Below are positions 62,313-64,000 of a stretch of 64,000 nucleotides of DNA, piece by piece; position 1 is the stretch's first letter, and each line of letters starts with the position of its first letter. The position numbers and the translations under genes were made by a program. The notes beneath the pieces are model-generated. The model was given only the letters and a program-made list of their open reading frames with translations, had not been told where the DNA came from and did not search any database. The DNA is from Centroscyllium fabricii (Eukaryota): assembly GCA_051313645.2 (NCBI GenBank), contig JBNRSN020000002.1, forward strand, positions 41,850,001 to 41,914,000. The letters run 5' to 3'.

Positions 62313-62914
62313 AGTCTCTGTACCTCTGCGATACGTACATTGAATAATGCATGCTGTACATTATGCCAACACTATATAAATGTATGACTATCTGTGGTAA
62401 CAATTACCAATTGCATTTTTTAAAATTCCAACACCATGAATAATTTGCGTGGGGGCAGGACAATGGAAGAGGATTGTATTAATACACAATGTGGCAAGAA
62501 TACAATGGAAAACTGCCTCACAGCTGTGGTCAAATGTGTCTGGAAGCGAGTCAGAGTTTCCATTAAATGCGGTCCGATGTTGCTCCCTGTTACTGCTTTC
62601 TGCCAATTGTGAAAATGGACCTATTCACTAAGACACTCAAATGGCAGTCTAACCACCCTGTAAAGCTTATTTACATGCAGCTTCAATGCTGGACAAGCAT
62701 TTAATAGATGGCTGACATCCCAGTTAACTGCCATGGAAAGGATAACCTGCCAAAAGTAACATTGACTATCAATCAACAGAAAAATTAGCCCATCAGTTAA
62801 AAGAAATTAAAAGTTGTGCTCTACTGATAATCTACCACTATCGGCCCCGAGTACATTTAATATCTCCGAGCCCCAAACACCTCAGGAGTTCTATCAGTCC
62901 CCACACATCACTCT

Positions 62915-63520
62915 CGCAGGCCAGAAGCTGGGAATTCTGCGGCGAGTGTCTCACCTCCTGACTCCCCAAAGCCTTTCCACCATCTACAAGGCACAAGTCA
63001 GGAGTGTGATGGAATACTCTCCACTTGCCTGGATGAGTGCAGCTCCAACAACACTCAAGAAGCTCGACACCATTCAGGATAAAGCAGGCCGCTTGATTGG
63101 CACTCCATCCACCACCTTCAACATTCACTCCCTCCACCACCGGCGCACTGTGGCTGCAGTGTGTACCATCTACAAGATGCACTGCAGCAACTCGCCAAAG
63201 CTCCTTCAACAGCACCTTCCAAACCCGCGACCTCTACCACTTAGAAGGACAAGGGCAGCAGACGCATGGGAACAGCACCACCTACAAGTTCCCCTCCAAG
63301 CCACACACCATCCTGACTTGGACCTGTATCGCCGCTCCTTCAGTGTCACTGGGCCAAAATCCTGGAACTCCCTTCCTAACAACATTGTGGGTGCACCTAC
63401 ACCATATGGACTGCAGCGGTTCAAGAAGGTGGCTCACCGCCATCTTCTCAAGAACAATTAGGGATGGGCACTAAATGCAGGCCTAGCCAGCCAGCGACGC
63501 CCACATCCCATCAATTAATA
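62915..63520 (+). mobile_element. LINE 3' end, same family as 36215-37761
   Basis: AGQKLGILRRVSHLLTPQSLSTIYKAQVRS near-identical to the minus-strand copy. Confidence 0.9.
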
Positions 63521-63876
63521 CATTTTTTATTTTTTTTAAACACCAGAAAAACCCCTCGCTGAACAAGGGAGACCATCACTTTCAAGACTGTCAGCGATAG
63601 ATTTTGTTTAGGTAAGGGTATTAAGGGAAATGGAACAAAGGCAGGCAAATGGAGTGGATGTACAGATCAGCCACGATATCATTAAATGGCAGAACAGGCT
63701 CGAGGGGTTGAATGGCCTATTCCTGCTCCTAGGCGGCCAATTTGCGCACAGCAAGCTCCCACAAACCGCGATGTGATAATGACCAGATCATGTTTTTGTT
63801 ATAACAACAGAAAACGCTGGAAAAACCTCAGCAGGCCAGGCAGTATCAGTGGAGAAAGAAACAGAGTTAACATTTT

Positions 63877-63923
63877 AGGTCGATGACCTTTCTTCAGAAG
63901 TTCTGAAGAAAGGTCATCGACCT
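63877..63923. repeat. Perfect inverted repeat (23-bp arms) of a Penelope-type hammerhead motif
   Basis: AGGTCGATGACCTTTCTTCAGAA-G-TTCTGAAGAAAGGTCATCGACCT. Confidence 0.85.
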
Positions 63924-63931
63924 GAAACATT

Positions 63932-64000
63932 GGCCCAGAAATTAGACTCTCCCGTTTGGTGCGGGTGCTAGGACCATGCGGACCCCTATCGCACCACACC
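63932..64000. mobile_element. Start of another Harbinger-like MITE
   Basis: ATT then TIR GGCCCAGAAATT at window end. Confidence 0.65.

Overview
Repeat-dominated vertebrate DNA, very probably from a shark or other elasmobranch (HE1-type V-SINEs sharing 3' tails with HER1/CR1 LINEs; SacSINE1-like Deu-SINE). I could not identify a host protein-coding gene; every long ORF I could interpret is transposon-derived. The window is a deep nest of CR1 and other LINEs, four LTR-bounded Ty3/Gypsy elements of one clade (A 1784-7435, B 12693-15028, D 16226-18965, C 30389-35334), a truncated CsRn1-type Gypsy, about eight solo LTRs, Penelope fragments with hammerhead ribozyme motifs, Harbinger-like MITEs and SINEs. 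Most interesting signal: the main Gypsy clade has no tRNA primer-binding site. The 13 nt after the 5' LTR are instead complementary to the element's own LTR segment spanning AATAAA, with compensatory changes between families. The same clade has a conserved hairpin sequestering the PPT and a YLDN (not YxDD) RT motif, suggesting a tRNA-independent, self-structured priming system. All coordinates were counted by eye and family names come from motif recognition, not database searches.
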